64,000 bases of DNA from an uncultured Actinomycetes bacterium (GTDB taxonomy: Bacteria > Actinomycetota > Coriobacteriia > Anaerosomatales > PHET01): positions 30,333 through 94,332 of the forward strand of contig CAVYQS010000012.1 in NCBI GenBank assembly GCA_963770765.1, given 5' to 3'. The notes under the pieces were generated by a model that was not told where the DNA came from, did no database searches, and worked only from the letters and a program-made list of their open reading frames with translations. The position numbers were made by a program, and so were the translations under genes. Numbering within the stretch: the first letter of the stretch is position 1; every line of letters begins with the position of its first letter. This document shows positions 53,891-64,000 of the stretch, piece by piece.

Positions 53891-56077
53891 CTAGTGCCGG
53901 CGGCGCGGCTGGCGATCGCCACTGCGCCCGCCTCTGTCATCCTTGCGCGGACCGCGGTCATCGCGCGCAGGAGCGGAGTCGGCTGAACCCTCGGGAGCGT
54001 CCGGCTTGTCCAAGCGGTCGAGCGAGACCTTGCCGCGATCGTCTATGTCGATGATCTTGACGTGCACCTCGTCGCCTACGTTCAGGACGTCTTCGACCTT
54101 GCCCACGCGGCCCTTGGCGACGCGGCTGATGTGCAGCAGGCCGTCCTTGCCGGGGATGAGCTCGACGAACGCGCCGAACGCCTGGATCGAGACGACACGG
54201 CCGTGGTACTCCTCGCCGATCTCGGGCTCCTTCACGATGGCCTGGATGCGGCGGACCGCTTCCTCGCCACCGAGGTCCTTCGATGCGATGAAGATCGTCC
54301 CGTCCTCTTGGATGTCGATCTGGGCACCGGTGTCGCTCTGGATGCCGCGGATGACCTTGCCGCCGGATCCGATGACCTCACGGATCTTGTCGGAAGGGAT
54401 CTTGATCGTGATGATGCGCGGGGCGTACTGGCTCATCTCGGCACGAGACTCGCCGATCTCCTCGATCATCTTCGAGAGGATGAACGCACGGCCTTCCTTG
54501 GCCTGCAGGAGCGCCTTGCGCAGGATGTCGACGGACAGGCCCTTGGCCTTGTTGTCCATCTGCATCGCGGTGATGCCGTTGGGGGTACCGGCCACCTTGA
54601 AGTCCATATCGCCGAGGAAGTCCTCGAGACCCTGGATGTCGGTGAGAACGGCGACGTCGTCGCCCTCCTTGATGAGGCCCATCGCGATGCCCGACACTGG
54701 CGCCGTTATCGGCACGCCGGCATCCATCAGCGCGAGCGTCGAACCGCAGACCGAACCCATGGAGCTCGAACCGTTCGACTCGAGCACCTCGGAGACGATG
54801 CGCACCGTGTACGGGAACGTCTCCTCGTCGGGAATGACCGGCAGCAAGGCGCGCTCGGCCAGTGCGCCGTGACCGATGTCGCGGCGCTTGGGCCCACGCA
54901 TGAAGCCGGTCTCGCCGGTGGAGAACGGCGGGAAGTTGTAGTGGTGGATGTACCGCTTGCCCTCTGCGACGTCGATCGTGTCGAGGCGCTGCCACTCGGA
55001 GAGCATGCCGAGCGTGAGCACCGAGAGGACCTGTGTCTGACCGCGGGTGAACAGTCCTGAGCCGTGGCTGCGGGGAAGGTATCCGGCGGTACAGCTGATC
55101 TGGCGGACCTCGTCGAGCTTGCGGCCGTCGGCGCGCTCGCCCTCCTCGAGAACCATGGCGCGCATCGTCTTCTTCTCGAGAAGCTTCAGCGTGGCCTTGA
55201 TGTCCTTGCCATCGGCGGCGATCTCCTCGGGGGTGAACGTCGCAAGGAGTTCGTCCTTCACGGCCTGCACGTCACCCATACGGGAGTGCTTGTCGGCGTT
55301 GTGCAAGGCGGCCTTCATCTTCTCCGCGCCCGCAGAGAAGATGCGCTCCTGGAGAGCGGGGTCGATGGTGTGCAGCGGCACGTCCATCGGCGTGATGTCG
55401 ACCTTGGAGAGGAAGCGATCCTGTACATCGCAGAACGCACCGATCGCCTCTTGGGCGAACATGAGCGCCGCGAGCATGTCCTCCTCGGACACTTCGCTGG
55501 CACCGGCTTCCAGCATGTACACCGCGTCACGGGACCCGGCGACGAGCAGGTCGAGGTCGGACTCTTCGGCCTCGTCGAACGTCGGGTTGACCACGTACTC
55601 GCCCGTCTCGACGTTGCGGCACACGCGGACTCCGGCCAAAGGACCCTCAAAGGGGATACCGCCGGCCATGAGAGCGGCAGACGCACCCATGATCGAGATG
55701 ATATCGGGCTGGTGGACCTGATCGGCGGAGAGCACCGTCGCGATGACCTGGACCTCGTTGCGGAACCCGTCAGCGAACGCTGAGCGCAGTGGACGGTCGA
55801 TCATGCGCGCGGTGAGCGTGGCCTTCTCGGACGGACGCGACTCGCGCTTGATGAATCCACCGGGCAGCTTGCCGGCGGCATACATCCGCTCTTCGAAGTC
55901 GACCGTCAGCGGGAAGAAGTCCAGATCCTTGGGCTGTCTCGACGCCGTTGCCGTGACCAGCACCATCGTATCGCCCTGGCGGACGACCACCGCGCCGCCG
56001 GCCTGCTTGGCCAGCTCGCCGATCTCGAGCACGTACTCCTTGCCGTACAGTTCGAACGTTTCTACTACCTTAGCCAT
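53891..56077 (-). CDS. pnp: polyribonucleotide nucleotidyltransferase (PNPase)
   Basis: Two RNase PH domains, then KH (IGSGGKVIRGIQ) and S1 (GRVVSIQAFGAFVEL), plus an Arg/Asp-rich tail. Confidence 0.96.
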   Translation of the reverse strand: MAKVVETFELYGKEYVLEIGELAKQAGGAVVVRQGDTMVLVTATASRQPKDLDFFPLTVDFEERMYAAGKLPGGFIKRESRPSEKATLTARMIDRPLRSAFADGFRNEVQVIATVLSADQVHQPDIISIMGASAALMAGGIPFEGPLAGVRVCRNVETGEYVVNPTFDEAEESDLDLLVAGSRDAVYMLEAGASEVSEEDMLAALMFAQEAIGAFCDVQDRFLSKVDITPMDVPLHTIDPALQERIFSAGAEKMKAALHNADKHSRMGDVQAVKDELLATFTPEEIAADGKDIKATLKLLEKKTMRAMVLEEGERADGRKLDEVRQISCTAGYLPRSHGSGLFTRGQTQVLSVLTLGMLSEWQRLDTIDVAEGKRYIHHYNFPPFSTGETGFMRGPKRRDIGHGALAERALLPVIPDEETFPYTVRIVSEVLESNGSSSMGSVCGSTLALMDAGVPITAPVSGIAMGLIKEGDDVAVLTDIQGLEDFLGDMDFKVAGTPNGITAMQMDNKAKGLSVDILRKALLQAKEGRAFILSKMIEEIGESRAEMSQYAPRIITIKIPSDKIREVIGSGGKVIRGIQSDTGAQIDIQEDGTIFIASKDLGGEEAVRRIQAIVKEPEIGEEYHGRVVSIQAFGAFVELIPGKDGLLHISRVAKGRVGKVEDVLNVGDEVHVKIIDIDDRGKVSLDRLDKPDAPEGSADSAPARDDRGPRKDDRGGRSGDRQPRRRH

Positions 56078-56140
56078 GTTCTTCTCTTCCCTCTTCCTTC
56101 AGCCGCGCGCCCCATGCGCTGCGGCCCTCTTCATGAAGAA

Positions 56141-56162
56141 GGCGGGAGGAGTTCCTCCCGCC
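56141..56162 (-). terminator. rpsO terminator / pnp leader hairpin
   Basis: GGCGGGAGG-aact-CCTCCCGCC followed by TTCTTCAT on the minus strand, between the rpsO stop and the pnp start. Confidence 0.65.
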
Positions 56163-56184
56163 TTCCGGTCTCCCTTGTGGGTCT

Positions 56185-56454
56185 TTACCCGCGAATACCG
56201 AGCTTCGCGATAAGCGCACGGTAGCGCTCGATGTCGGTCTTCTTGAGATAGTTGGTCAGACGACGGCGCTGACCAACGAGCTGGAGAAGTCCACGGCGGG
56301 TGTGGTGGTCCTTGGTGTGGACCTTGAGGTGCTCAGTGAGATCGCGGATGCGCTGCGTGAGCAGAGCCACCTGGACCTCGGTCGAGCCGGTGTCGGCATC
56401 TCCGCGCTTGTACTCGGCGACGATATCGGCTTTCACGTTCTTCTCGAGCGGCAT
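56185..56454 (-). CDS. rpsO: 30S ribosomal protein S15
   Basis: 89 aa from ATG 56454. [31 protein letters not shown] pattern. Confidence 0.95.
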   Translation of the reverse strand: MPLEKNVKADIVAEYKRGDADTGSTEVQVALLTQRIRDLTEHLKVHTKDHHTRRGLLQLVGQRRRLTNYLKKTDIERYRALIAKLGIRG

Positions 56455-56618
56455 ATCGGTTTCCACCTTTCACGTGGATACGCCCCGGTCCGGGATGGCC
56501 GTCGGTGGCAACGCACCTCTCAGGCCGGGGTAGTTGGGTAGAGCCGAAGAAGTATACCACACACGGTGCCGGGCGTGGCTGGCGGAAGGGCTCGCGGTAC
56601 GAGGAGTACTCGTGAGCG

Positions 56619-58040
56619 CTACTCCCCGACTCCGCGCACCCCGAGAAGGTGCATGGCCTCATCGGCATGCTCGGGGGGCACATGAAGGCTGAACCGCATC
56701 CAGAAGTTGAAGTCGGGACGCACGTTCTGCTGCTCTTCCGGGGGGAACGGCTGCCACACGAAGGGGATGCCTGCGGCGCGCAAGGGCGAGGTCACCACGA
56801 ACGCTCCCACGGCTCCCGATGACATCAGGCTGCCGAGCGTGGTGGGGCCGAGGACCTCGACCCAGTCTTCGCGGTACTCCGCGTAGGCGTCCATCGCCTT
56901 GCCATCTGCGACGGCACGTTCAGCTGCCTCGAGAGCAGCAGGATCCTCCACCACCGGCGAACCGTCGTCGAGGAACTCGGGCTCGTCGGCGGTGGCGCCG
57001 AGTGTGATCGCGTCGAAGAACGACTCCGCAAGCCCGAGCAGCGGATTCTCGTCCCACTCTGCGCCGCTCCCATCGAGAACAGGCTCAGGGCTCGGGCCGA
57101 TCGCGCTACCTGCGCTCGCACCGATCCTCGCAGCGGTATCGATGTCGGCCTTCATCGCGGAAGACAACTCGGCGATGCTGTCGAACGCGCGCTGGTCGCG
57201 CAACTTCTCGATGAACTCCACGCTGACCTCGGCATCGTAGAGGTCTCCTTCGAAGCCCACCAGGTGCGCCTCGAGTACGTCTGTGGCCTGCGGAAACGTT
57301 GGCGGTATGCCCACCGATATCGCCGCCGGCCAGAATCGGCCGCGCACCGCGACACGCCCCGCATAGACGCCATGAGCAGGAAGTGCAGCGTACGCTGCGG
57401 GCGCGACGTTGGCGGTCGGCACTCCGATGCCGGTACCCTCCCCGCGCCCGCGCACCACTGTGCCACGCACGCGGTGCGTCCTTCCCAGAAGCGCTGCCGC
57501 GCCTTGCACGTCGCCTTGCGAGACCAGCGACCGTATGCGCGTCGACGTCACAGCGGCACCGTCGATCTCGACCAGCTGATGGGCGACGACGCGGATGCCG
57601 CGCGGTTCGGCGTAGTGCCGAAGGGTCTCGACGGTTCCCTCAGCCCGGTGCCCGAATCGGAAGTCCTCTCCCACGATCACAGCCACGGGGTCGACCGCCG
57701 AGAGCAGGACCTCCGAGAGGAAGCCCGAGGGGCTCAGTGCAGCGACCTCCGGGGTGAAGCCGACGACGAGAACGGCGTCCGCACCCGCCTCACACAGCAG
57801 TCGCGTCTTCTCGGCGAGAGTGAGCAGCTGCGGTGCAGCGCTCTCGGGCGTGACGATCTGGTCGGGGTCGCGATCGAACGTGATCACGAAGGCCTCGACC
57901 CCCTCTGCGCGCGCGAGCGAGACCGCCCGTCGGACGAGCGCCTGATGCCCTGCGTGCACGCCGTCAAAGACGCCGATCGCGCAGACGGCGCGGCCGACGA
58001 ACTCCGGCTCCACGCCCAGTTCTACGATGCGGCAGCTCAC
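56619..58040 (-). CDS. ribF: bifunctional riboflavin kinase/FMN adenylyltransferase with an extra C-terminal domain of about 155 aa
   Basis: FMNAT part GVFDGVHAGHQAL; kinase part GRGEGTGIGVPTAN...EAHL..F.GDLY. Residues from about 316 to 473 are additional and end in a DUF2007-like pattern. Confidence 0.85.
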   Translation of the reverse strand: MSCRIVELGVEPEFVGRAVCAIGVFDGVHAGHQALVRRAVSLARAEGVEAFVITFDRDPDQIVTPESAAPQLLTLAEKTRLLCEAGADAVLVVGFTPEVAALSPSGFLSEVLLSAVDPVAVIVGEDFRFGHRAEGTVETLRHYAEPRGIRVVAHQLVEIDGAAVTSTRIRSLVSQGDVQGAAALLGRTHRVRGTVVRGRGEGTGIGVPTANVAPAAYAALPAHGVYAGRVAVRGRFWPAAISVGIPPTFPQATDVLEAHLVGFEGDLYDAEVSVEFIEKLRDQRAFDSIAELSSAMKADIDTAARIGASAGSAIGPSPEPVLDGSGAEWDENPLLGLAESFFDAITLGATADEPEFLDDGSPVVEDPAALEAAERAVADGKAMDAYAEYREDWVEVLGPTTLGSLMSSGAVGAFVVTSPLRAAGIPFVWQPFPPEEQQNVRPDFNFWMRFSLHVPPEHADEAMHLLGVRGVGE

Positions 58041-58981
58041 AAGACTCCCCTCGAGACGCCGTCGGGGAAGACGACCTCGGGCTCCAGTCTATCGTCTGCG
58101 ACCCGGTAGATGGCGAGTAACACAGCCGATGGTACCGAGGTGAGCGCGACGAGCTGCCCGGGCCGGAGATGGGCAAGCGACGCGGCATGCGTCGTCAGCG
58201 GACGACCGTCCGCGACCGCGGCGGGTTCGACCTCAAGGGAGGGTATCCCGAGCGCCGCCACGGGGTCTGCCCACAGCCGTGGAAGCTCGCCACGCTCGGC
58301 CGCCGCCAGGACGTCCTCAAGCTGATACGCATCGGACAGCCGGAGCGGCCCTGAGGCGGTCCGAACAAGCCTCGTCAGGTGCGCAGAGCTCCCGGACGCC
58401 TCGCCGATATCGCGGGCAAGCGAACGGACATACGTCCCCTTCGAAACGGCGAACGCCACGCTCCATCGCACCGGGTCGACCGCGATCGCGCGCAGTTCGG
58501 CAGCCTCCACGGCGATGGGTCGTTTCGCGAGATCGAGCGGGTTCCCCGAGCGCGCGGCTCGGTGTGCGGAAGTCCCACCGACCTTGATAGCCGAGTAGAC
58601 CGGCGGCTGCTGCATCGACTCCCCGAGGAACTGTGCGAGCACGCTGCGCGCGAACGCCTCCTCCGAGAGTCGCGGAGAGACGGGGGTCTCGCGAATGATC
58701 ACGCCCTCCGCGTCGTCGGTATCGGTCGCGGCACCGAAGGCGATCTGGGCGTCGTAGGCCTTGTTCGCTGCGGAAAGGTAGGGCTCGAGCCTCGTGGCAG
58801 GACCCACGAGCACCACGAGCAGACCGGTGGCCATGGGGTCGAGTGTGCCTGCGTGACCGACGCGGCCCTCGCCCGTGGCCCGCCGGATCCTCGCGACCAC
58901 GTCGTGGCTCGTGTAGCCCGCGGGCTTGTCCACCAGCAGTACACCCGCGAGGCCGGTAGCGCCGCGCTTGCGAGCGGCCAT
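58037..58981 (-). CDS. truB: tRNA pseudouridine(55) synthase
   Basis: ATG 58981 overlaps the nrnA stop (TGATG). GVLLVDKPAGYTSHDVV and catalytic GHAGTLDPMATG. Confidence 0.93.
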   Translation of the reverse strand: MAARKRGATGLAGVLLVDKPAGYTSHDVVARIRRATGEGRVGHAGTLDPMATGLLVVLVGPATRLEPYLSAANKAYDAQIAFGAATDTDDAEGVIIRETPVSPRLSEEAFARSVLAQFLGESMQQPPVYSAIKVGGTSAHRAARSGNPLDLAKRPIAVEAAELRAIAVDPVRWSVAFAVSKGTYVRSLARDIGEASGSSAHLTRLVRTASGPLRLSDAYQLEDVLAAAERGELPRLWADPVAALGIPSLEVEPAAVADGRPLTTHAASLAHLRPGQLVALTSVPSAVLLAIYRVADDRLEPEVVFPDGVSRGVL

Positions 58982-59952
58982 CAGGGGGTACCCGAGCCGG
59001 GTAGCAGAGGCAGCAGCACCGGGAGGAGAGAGTCCACGCCGCGCTGCTCCCACGTGAAGCCTGCTGCGGCCTTGTGCCCTCCCCCGCCCAGACGGCGAGC
59101 GACCTCGCCCACGTCGAACGTGGTCTTGGCTCGCAGGTTCACGCGTACCTCGTCGCCACGCTCTCGCATCAGGACCGCGACCTCGATGCCGTCGAGAACC
59201 CGCACGGCGTCGGGCAGGTGTTCGGCCTCCTCGGGCCGAGCTCCCGTCTCCTCGAAGTCGCCATCGGTGATCCACGCGTAGGCGACCTCACCGCTGTTGG
59301 CGACGGTCAGCCGGGACATGGCTCGAGCCTCTATGGCGAGCGACCCGACCGATCGGCTCTGGTAGACCCGGCGGGCGACTTCCGATGCATCCACCCCCGT
59401 CTCCAGCATATCGGCGGCGTCGCGCAACACCTCGGGCGTGGTGTTCTGGTACTGGAAGCGCCCGGTGTCGGTGATCAGCGCGGTGTAGCAGCACACGGCG
59501 ATCTCGGGAGTGGGCCTGATCTCGAGCGCCTCGAGCAAGCGCCACACGATCTGTCCCGTGGCTGCCGCTTCGCGGTCGATGACGTTGAGCGTGCCGTATG
59601 AGGTCGCATCCCAGTGGTGGTCGATCACGAGCAGAGCACCGGCGGCGTCGGCGAGTTCGCGAGCGACACCCAACCGCTCGGGAATAGGGGTGTCGAGCGC
59701 GATGAAGACCGACGGCACCTCAAGGTCGGCCGCCGGTACGTACAGACCGAAACCGGGGAGCCATTCGTAGGTCGAGGACGCCTCGCGGTCGTCTGCGAGC
59801 GTGGGAATCGCCGGGATGCCCGCATCGCGCAGAGCCAACGTGAGCGCCAGGACCGACCCGATGGCGTCGCCGTCGGGTCGGACATGGGCACACACGACCA
59901 CCGACGAGGCGCGCCTCAGTGCGACCGCTGCATGGTGAAGGGCGGCCTTCAC
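58981..59952 (-). CDS. nrnA: DHH/DHHA1 phosphoesterase (NrnA-type oligoribonuclease/pAp phosphatase)
   Basis: DGDAIGS, a DHH motif (IDHH), and C-terminal GGGGHKAAAG. Confidence 0.85.
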   Translation of the reverse strand: MKAALHHAAVALRRASSVVVCAHVRPDGDAIGSVLALTLALRDAGIPAIPTLADDREASSTYEWLPGFGLYVPAADLEVPSVFIALDTPIPERLGVARELADAAGALLVIDHHWDATSYGTLNVIDREAAATGQIVWRLLEALEIRPTPEIAVCCYTALITDTGRFQYQNTTPEVLRDAADMLETGVDASEVARRVYQSRSVGSLAIEARAMSRLTVANSGEVAYAWITDGDFEETGARPEEAEHLPDAVRVLDGIEVAVLMRERGDEVRVNLRAKTTFDVGEVARRLGGGGHKAAAGFTWEQRGVDSLLPVLLPLLPGSGTP

Positions 59953-59961
59953 GTGGCTCCG

Positions 59962-60354
59962 CTACTCCTCGTCGCCCTCGTCGACGCTGGGCTCGGCGCC
60001 CTGCCCGTCGAGTAGCGTGGGCGGTACGTCGAGCAACGCCTCAGCGATACGTGCGCCGGTATCGACGCTCTCGTCGATGAAGAAGCGCAGCTCGGGCGTC
60101 ACACGCCACTTCAAGGTCCGGCCGAGTGCCGACCGGATCCTTCCGCGGGCAGACTCGAGGCCCTCGAGGACCTCGTCGTAACGATCGGGACTCGCGCTCA
60201 CGTAGACGGTGGCGACACTGCGATCGGGACTGACTTTCGCCCCGGTCACCGTGACTAACGTCAGGCGCGGATCAGAGATCTCGGTGGCGATGATCTCGGC
60301 CACCATCTCTCTGATCTTCTCGTCCATCTTTCTTCCGAACGACTCACGGCTCAT
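59962..60354 (-). CDS. rbfA: ribosome-binding factor A
   Basis: EISDPRLTLVTVTGAKVSPDRSVATVYV pattern. Acidic tail. Confidence 0.9.
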   Translation of the reverse strand: MSRESFGRKMDEKIREMVAEIIATEISDPRLTLVTVTGAKVSPDRSVATVYVSASPDRYDEVLEGLESARGRIRSALGRTLKWRVTPELRFFIDESVDTGARIAEALLDVPPTLLDGQGAEPSVDEGDEE

Positions 60355-60367
60355 GCTCTCGGGCCCC

Positions 60368-62935
60368 CTATGACTCTCGGGCGACCTCGATCACCTTGAA
60401 GCCTTCGATGACGTCGCCCTCCTTGAGGTCCTGGAAGTTCTCGATCGAGATACCGCACTCGTAACCGGACTTGACCGACTTGACGTCGTCTTTGAAGCGT
60501 CGGAGCGAAGACATCTTGCCCTCGTGGACAACGGTACCGTCGCGTACGATGCGCACCTGGTCGTCTCGGGTGATCTCGCCCTCCTGCACGTAACAACCGG
60601 CGATGACGCCGGCCTTGGGAACGCGGAACAGTTCTCGGATCTCGATGCGCGCCGTGTCCTTCTCCACGAAGTCCGGAGCGAGCAGGCCCACACGCGCAGC
60701 GTTGATCTCCTCGATCGCCTGGTAGATGACGCGATACAGGCGGATGTCGACCTTCTCGGTCTCGGCGAGCGCCTTTGCCTTGGGCTGGGGGCGCACGTTG
60801 AAACCGATGATGATCGCGTCCGAAGCGTCGGCGAGCATCACGTCACTCTCGGTGATCGCGCCGACCGCCGAATGGATGATGTTGATGCGGACCTCGGTCT
60901 GGTCCATCTTGTCGAGCGCGTCACGCAGTGCCTCGATGGAACCCTGGACGTCGGCCTTGACCACGAGGTTCAAGTCCTTGAGCTCGCCTTCGGCGATGCG
61001 CTCGAACAGGTCGTCGAGGCTGACGTGCTTCTTGGTCTTGGCCTGCGCGATGAGGCGCTGCTTGAGCGAGCGCTCCTCGGCGAGGTTACGCGCATCACGC
61101 TCATCGGCGAAGACGCGGAATTCGTCTCCGGCGCTCGGCACACTCGACAGGCCGAGGATCTCCACCGGGTCGGCGGGACCCGCGTCGGTGACGTTCTTCC
61201 CGAGGGGATCGATGAGCGCGCGAACCCGTCCGTAGGCGGTGCCGGCTACGAGCGTGTCGCCGATGCGAAGCGTGCCGCGCTGCACAAGCACGGTCGCGAC
61301 AGGACCGCGGCCCTTGTCGAGGTTGGCCTCGATGACCACACCCGAGCCATGGGCCGAGGGATTCGCCCTGAGCTCCAGCACGTCCGCCTGCAATAGCACC
61401 ATCTCCAAGAGCCCCTCTATGTTCAGACGCTTCTTGGCCGAGACCTCGACGAAGATGTTGGTGCCGCCCCACTCCTCGGGCACGATCTCGTGCTCGGTGA
61501 GCATCTGCTTGACCTGCTCGGGGTTGGCGCCATCTTTGTCGATCTTGTTGACCGCGACGATGATCGGCACGCCGGCGGCCTTCGCGTGGTGGATGGCCTC
61601 GATGGTCTGCGGCATGACCCCGTCGTCGGCAGCAACCACCAGGATGACGATGTCGGTGATGTTCGCACCGCGAGCACGCATGGCGGTGAACGCCTCGTGT
61701 CCCGGCGTGTCGATGAAGGTGATCTGGCGTTCATTGCGGTGAACGACCGACGCACCGATATGCTGTGTGATGCCGCCAGCCTCGGTGTCGGCGACTCCGG
61801 TCTCGCGGATGGCGTCGAGCAGCGACGTCTTGCCGTGGTCGACATGACCCATGACGGTGACGACCGGCGGGCGCGAGACCAGGTCCTCTTCGTTGTCCTC
61901 GAACGTCCAGCCGGCCTCTTCCTCCGGCTTGACGACACGGACCTCGCGGCCCATGTCCTCGCCGATGATCTCGATGACGTCGCGCATCATGGGCTGATTC
62001 ACGGTGAGGGGGGTACCGAGCATGAACAGCCGCTTGATGACGTCGTTGGCCGGGACGCCGAGCGCGTCTGCGAAGTCGCCCACGCACACGCCCTCGGTGA
62101 CGGTCACCGACTCGCCGCCCACCGGCAACTCCACGTGGGTCGCCTCGTCGTGCAGGCGCGCTGCCTCGGCCTCTTCACCGGTCTTCTTGTGCTTCTTCTT
62201 CTTGCCACGCTTGCCACCGTCGGCCGCTGCGGCCGCAACGGCCGCCTTGGCCTCCTCGATGACCTTGTCGCGCTGGAGCTGCTCGGCCTCGATGGCCATC
62301 TTGCGGTAGCGCTCCTCTTCGACCTTCTCGAGCTTGGCAGCTTCCTCGGCACCCAGACGGGCGGCCTCGGCCGCGATGGCCGCCTCGAGAGGGCTCATAG
62401 GCGGAGTCTCGGCGACCGTCTCGGCAACGGGGGCCTCGGCTGGCACCTCGACGCTCGGCGCGGCCACGGGCTCCGGCACCGGCACGACCTTGGCTTCCGC
62501 CTTCGCCTCGATCTGGGCGCGAGCGTCCGCGGTCTCCGCCTGGAGGCGGGAGGCCTTCTCTTCCTCGGCGCGCTTGTGAGCCTCTTCCTCGAGGCGCTGC
62601 TGCTCGGCCTCGCGGGTCTTGCGCTCGGCCTCGCGGGCCTTGCGCTCCGCCTCTTCGGCGCGCCGACGCTCTTCCTCTTCGGCTTTGCGCCGTGCCTCTT
62701 CGGCAGCGCGCTCCTCGGCCTCCGCTTCATCCTTGAGCTTGCGCTCGGCCTCGATGGCCGCCTGACGTTCGGCGATCTCAGGACCGAGCTCCTTGCGGAT
62801 CTTGTCCACATAGGCCTCTACGAGGGTGGAGGCGTGGTTCTTGGCGGGGATCTTCATAGCTTGGAGCTTCTCGAGAAGCTCCTTGCTCGACATCCCGAAC
62901 TCCTTGGCGAGTTCATGGACTCTCATGGCGGGCAT
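60368..62935 (-). CDS. infB: translation initiation factor IF-2
   Basis: N-terminal [11 protein letters not shown], a Glu/Ala/Arg/Lys-rich repeat region, G domain [18 protein letters not shown], and C-terminal domains. Confidence 0.96.
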   Translation of the reverse strand: MPAMRVHELAKEFGMSSKELLEKLQAMKIPAKNHASTLVEAYVDKIRKELGPEIAERQAAIEAERKLKDEAEAEERAAEEARRKAEEEERRRAEEAERKAREAERKTREAEQQRLEEEAHKRAEEEKASRLQAETADARAQIEAKAEAKVVPVPEPVAAPSVEVPAEAPVAETVAETPPMSPLEAAIAAEAARLGAEEAAKLEKVEEERYRKMAIEAEQLQRDKVIEEAKAAVAAAAADGGKRGKKKKHKKTGEEAEAARLHDEATHVELPVGGESVTVTEGVCVGDFADALGVPANDVIKRLFMLGTPLTVNQPMMRDVIEIIGEDMGREVRVVKPEEEAGWTFEDNEEDLVSRPPVVTVMGHVDHGKTSLLDAIRETGVADTEAGGITQHIGASVVHRNERQITFIDTPGHEAFTAMRARGANITDIVILVVAADDGVMPQTIEAIHHAKAAGVPIIVAVNKIDKDGANPEQVKQMLTEHEIVPEEWGGTNIFVEVSAKKRLNIEGLLEMVLLQADVLELRANPSAHGSGVVIEANLDKGRGPVATVLVQRGTLRIGDTLVAGTAYGRVRALIDPLGKNVTDAGPADPVEILGLSSVPSAGDEFRVFADERDARNLAEERSLKQRLIAQAKTKKHVSLDDLFERIAEGELKDLNLVVKADVQGSIEALRDALDKMDQTEVRINIIHSAVGAITESDVMLADASDAIIIGFNVRPQPKAKALAETEKVDIRLYRVIYQAIEEINAARVGLLAPDFVEKDTARIEIRELFRVPKAGVIAGCYVQEGEITRDDQVRIVRDGTVVHEGKMSSLRRFKDDVKSVKSGYECGISIENFQDLKEGDVIEGFKVIEVARES

Positions 62936-62943
62936 CTAGATGG

Positions 62944-63240
62944 TCACTCTCCTTGCTGCGAGCTCTGGTTGTTGAGGAGCTCATCAAAATCGCGGCGAAG
63001 TCTGGTGTAGTCGTCTTCTTTAAGGCTCACCCGGAGCGCCGAGTCGAGCCGGCGGCGCTTGCGTGCCATCTCGAAACAGTCCGGGTCCGCGCACAGGTAG
63101 GCGCCCCTGCCGTTGGCCTTGCCCGTCGCATCGATCTCGACGTGGCCCTCGGGAGTCCTCACCACGCGGACGAAGCGACGTTTGTCGCTCGCCGTCGCAC
63201 ACCCGGTACAGGTGCGTGTGGGGACTTTGCGCGGCTTCAT
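62944..63240 (-). CDS. ylxR: YlxR/RnpM family (DUF448) RNA-binding protein
   Basis: ATG 63240 overlaps the nusA stop. PTRTCTGC...RVV...GRGAYLC pattern. Classical nusA-ylxR-infB position. Confidence 0.88.
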   Translation of the reverse strand: MKPRKVPTRTCTGCATASDKRRFVRVVRTPEGHVEIDATGKANGRGAYLCADPDCFEMARKRRRLDSALRVSLKEDDYTRLRRDFDELLNNQSSQQGE

Positions 63241-64000
63241 CACTCGGCGGCGGCCTCCTTCTCGTGCAGCCCGCAGTAGAAGCCGCCACCCGGACGAGCC
63301 TGATTGCGGCATCGAACCCCGGTGGACGTCACTGCGCAGCAGCGACCATCGAACTCCTCGGCCGAGTCTTGGCCAGAGGTGGAAGTAGCCGAGATACCCT
63401 GCTCGGCGGCGATAGCAGCGCTCTTGATGTCGATACGCCAACCGGTGAGCTTGGCGGCCAGACGTGCGTTCTGGCCCTCCTTGCCGATGGCGAGCGAGAG
63501 CTGGTCGTTGGGGACGATGACGGTCGCCGTGTGCGAGTCCTCGTCGATGAGCACGCGGTCGACCTTCGCGGGCGAGAGTGAACTCGCCACGTAGCTGGCC
63601 GGCGCTTCGGCCCACGGCACCACGTCGATGCGTTCGCCGCGAAGCTCGCCGACGATCATGCGAACGCGGCTTCCCTTGGGGCCCACGCATGCGCCGACCG
63701 GGTCGAGTCCGGGCTCGCGGCTGGAGACCGCCACCTTCGAGCGGGCACCGGCCTCGCGAGCGACGGCCTTGATCTCGACGACACCGTCGTAGACCTCGGG
63801 GACCTCGATCTCGAAGAGCCGGCGGATGAGGCCAGGGTGCGTGCGTGAGACGCGGATCGAGGGCTCGTTGCCCTGTCCCTTGCGGACGTCGATGATGTAG
63901 GCCTTGATGCGCTCGTTATGGTTGTAGCGCTCGTTGTTCGGCTGCTCAGCCTGCTCGAGCAGCGCTTCGACGCCCTCGCGCAGCTTGATGAGCGTGTAGC
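63240..64000 (-). CDS. nusA: transcription termination/antitermination factor NusA (3' part; 5' end beyond the window)
   Basis: The frame is open to the window edge. S1/KH region ...[40 protein letters not shown] and [33 protein letters not shown]. Unusual Cys-rich tail. Confidence 0.9.
   Translation of the reverse strand, partial: YTLIKLREGVEALLEQAEQPNNERYNHNERIKAYIIDVRKGQGNEPSIRVSRTHPGLIRRLFEIEVPEVYDGVVEIKAVAREAGARSKVAVSSREPGLDPVGACVGPKGSRVRMIVGELRGERIDVVPWAEAPASYVASSLSPAKVDRVLIDEDSHTATVIVPNDQLSLAIGKEGQNARLAAKLTGWRIDIKSAAIAAEQGISATSTSGQDSAEEFDGRCCAVTSTGVRCRNQARPGGGFYCGLHEKEAAAE

Noticed and set aside
62590-62660. Tandem 21-nt repeat (gctcggcctcgcgggtcttgc / gctcggcctcgcgggccttgc)
   Set aside because: It is the coding repeat for EAERK(A/T)R heptads in the low-complexity N-terminal region of IF-2, not an independent repeat element.
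61490-63010. 506-aa plus-strand ORF
   Set aside because: It is antisense to infB. Its low-complexity Leu/Gly/Arg/Asp composition mirrors the IF-2 repeat region.
1-64000. Looked for CRISPR arrays, tRNA/rRNA genes, transposases, integrases, phage or toxin-antitoxin and known defence-system genes
   Set aside because: None recognised. The intergenic regions are short and show no cloverleaf-type T-loop motifs or spaced direct repeats. All large ORFs are assigned to housekeeping or metabolic families. By-eye scanning cannot exclude small ncRNAs.

Overview
This is a GC-rich bacterial chromosome segment. Gene content points to an actinobacterium with a Firmicute-like RNA toolkit (RNase Y, RNase J, SpoVS) and anaerobe-type metabolism (indolepyruvate:ferredoxin oxidoreductase, DapL-type aminotransferase). 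It may be a Coriobacteriia-like lineage, but that is inference only; no database search was possible.

Layout: every CDS from 1 to 14.7 kb is on the plus strand. These are a MerR-like gene, hpt/apt purine salvage, an NlpC/P60 hydrolase, an iorAB-ACT-2xSBP-livHMGF-paaK module, and three small unknown envelope genes. From 15 kb to the end almost everything is minus-strand housekeeping: uracil and purine permeases, nudix, dut, nrdR, the LysM/lexA SOS node, hflX, dapL-like, rlmA-like, dapF, miaA, a Memo/LigB-AMMECR1 fusion, miaB, PHP, spoVS, an orphan GHKL ATPase, GNAT, rny, recX, recA, thpR, cinA, pgsA, rimO, yajQ, rodZ-like, ftsK, uppP, rnj, dapA, lysC, dapB, an M16 peptidase, a hypoxanthine-DNA glycosylase, a Cys-rich secreted mini-protein, an orphan pilT, pnp, rpsO, ribF, truB, nrnA, rbfA, infB, ylxR and nusA. 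Only lexA and a dacB-like gene are on the plus strand in this part.

The two gene streams converge on a small AT-rich island that holds a 28-bp dif-like site, so the window probably spans the replication terminus.

I saw no rRNA, tRNA, CRISPR, transposase, integrase or phage genes. Three genes (livG, an AzgA-like permease, a PHP phosphoesterase) each need a 1-nt frame correction, which means either pseudogenes or assembly indels.

I found no recognisable defence or mobile system. The least-explained items are:
- the Memo/LigB-AMMECR1 fusion wedged between miaB and miaA;
- the GNAT / orphan GHKL ATPase / SpoVS / PHP set in the position that ymdB-spoVS holds in Firmicutes;
- a secreted Ala/Gly/Cys mini-protein with C-x5-C periodicity next to an orphan pilT;
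- extra C-terminal domains on RibF and NusA.

All family calls come from motif recognition by eye. Start codons were chosen by RBS and homology logic and may be off by a few codons.
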